From: a virus
Lineage: Duplodnaviria > Caudoviricetes
Length of the DNA stretch: 64,000 nucleotides
IMG/VR virus record: IMGVR_UViG_3300027798_000027
Span: 23,578 to 87,577 of that record
Reading direction: 5' to 3' (one strand)
Shown here: positions 63,979 through 64,000 of the stretch, piece after piece
How positions within the stretch are numbered: position 1 is the first letter of the stretch
How the letters are laid out: every line of letters begins with the position of its first letter
The notes under the pieces: generated by a model
Told to the model about the DNA's origin: nothing
What the model saw: the letters and a program-made list of their open reading frames with translations, nothing else
Databases searched by the model: none
Translations under genes and position numbers: made by a program

Positions 63979-64000
63979 TTTTTTTCTCCCGTGTTCACTT

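Noticed and set aside
1-64000. Prophage or alternative genetic code
   Set aside because: No integrase, att-like boundary or host genes are seen; long core genes translate intact with the standard code and all three stop codons end genes normally.

Overview
This window is a contiguous ~64 kb segment of a large, AT-rich (roughly one-third GC by eye) tailed dsDNA phage with a long non-contractile tail. A whiB gene, DUF7455-like and FmdB-like genes and many leaderless promoters point to an actinobacterial host, plausibly a low-GC freshwater lineage (inference). No integrase, CRISPR array or host housekeeping operon is visible. Read on the minus strand from the right end, the order is: head-tail joining proteins, major tail protein, two paralogous tail assembly chaperones, a 2158-aa tape measure protein and tail-tip proteins (64.0-44.3 kb); replication/recombination genes (DnaB, primase, SSB, DnaE, RecA, two resolvases, Cas4-like nuclease; 44.3-33.2 kb); a flavin-dependent halogenase, an Nmad1-like protein and terminase (33.2-28.3 kb); two large exported surface-type proteins; a lysis cassette; two tRNAs; and an accessory region (carbamoyltransferase, Hsp20, thioredoxin, nuclease, WhiB, sulfotransferase, holin, Stealth-like protein; 20-9.3 kb). 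The left 9.3 kb is mostly plus strand and holds a fused APS kinase-nucleotidyltransferase, many microproteins and a six-gene glycosyltransferase/epimerase/methyltransferase operon. The most notable observations are: a putative phage PAPS-sulfation and glycan-tailoring system; a tail chaperone pair that seems to replace the usual programmed frameshift with a gene duplication; a ROSE-like RNA thermometer on hsp20; a shared C-terminal W-x-G-[ST]-x-F-D-L motif on two adjacent proteins that may be head cargo; and an apparently leaderless tRNA. All functional calls come from motif recognition by eye, not from database searches.
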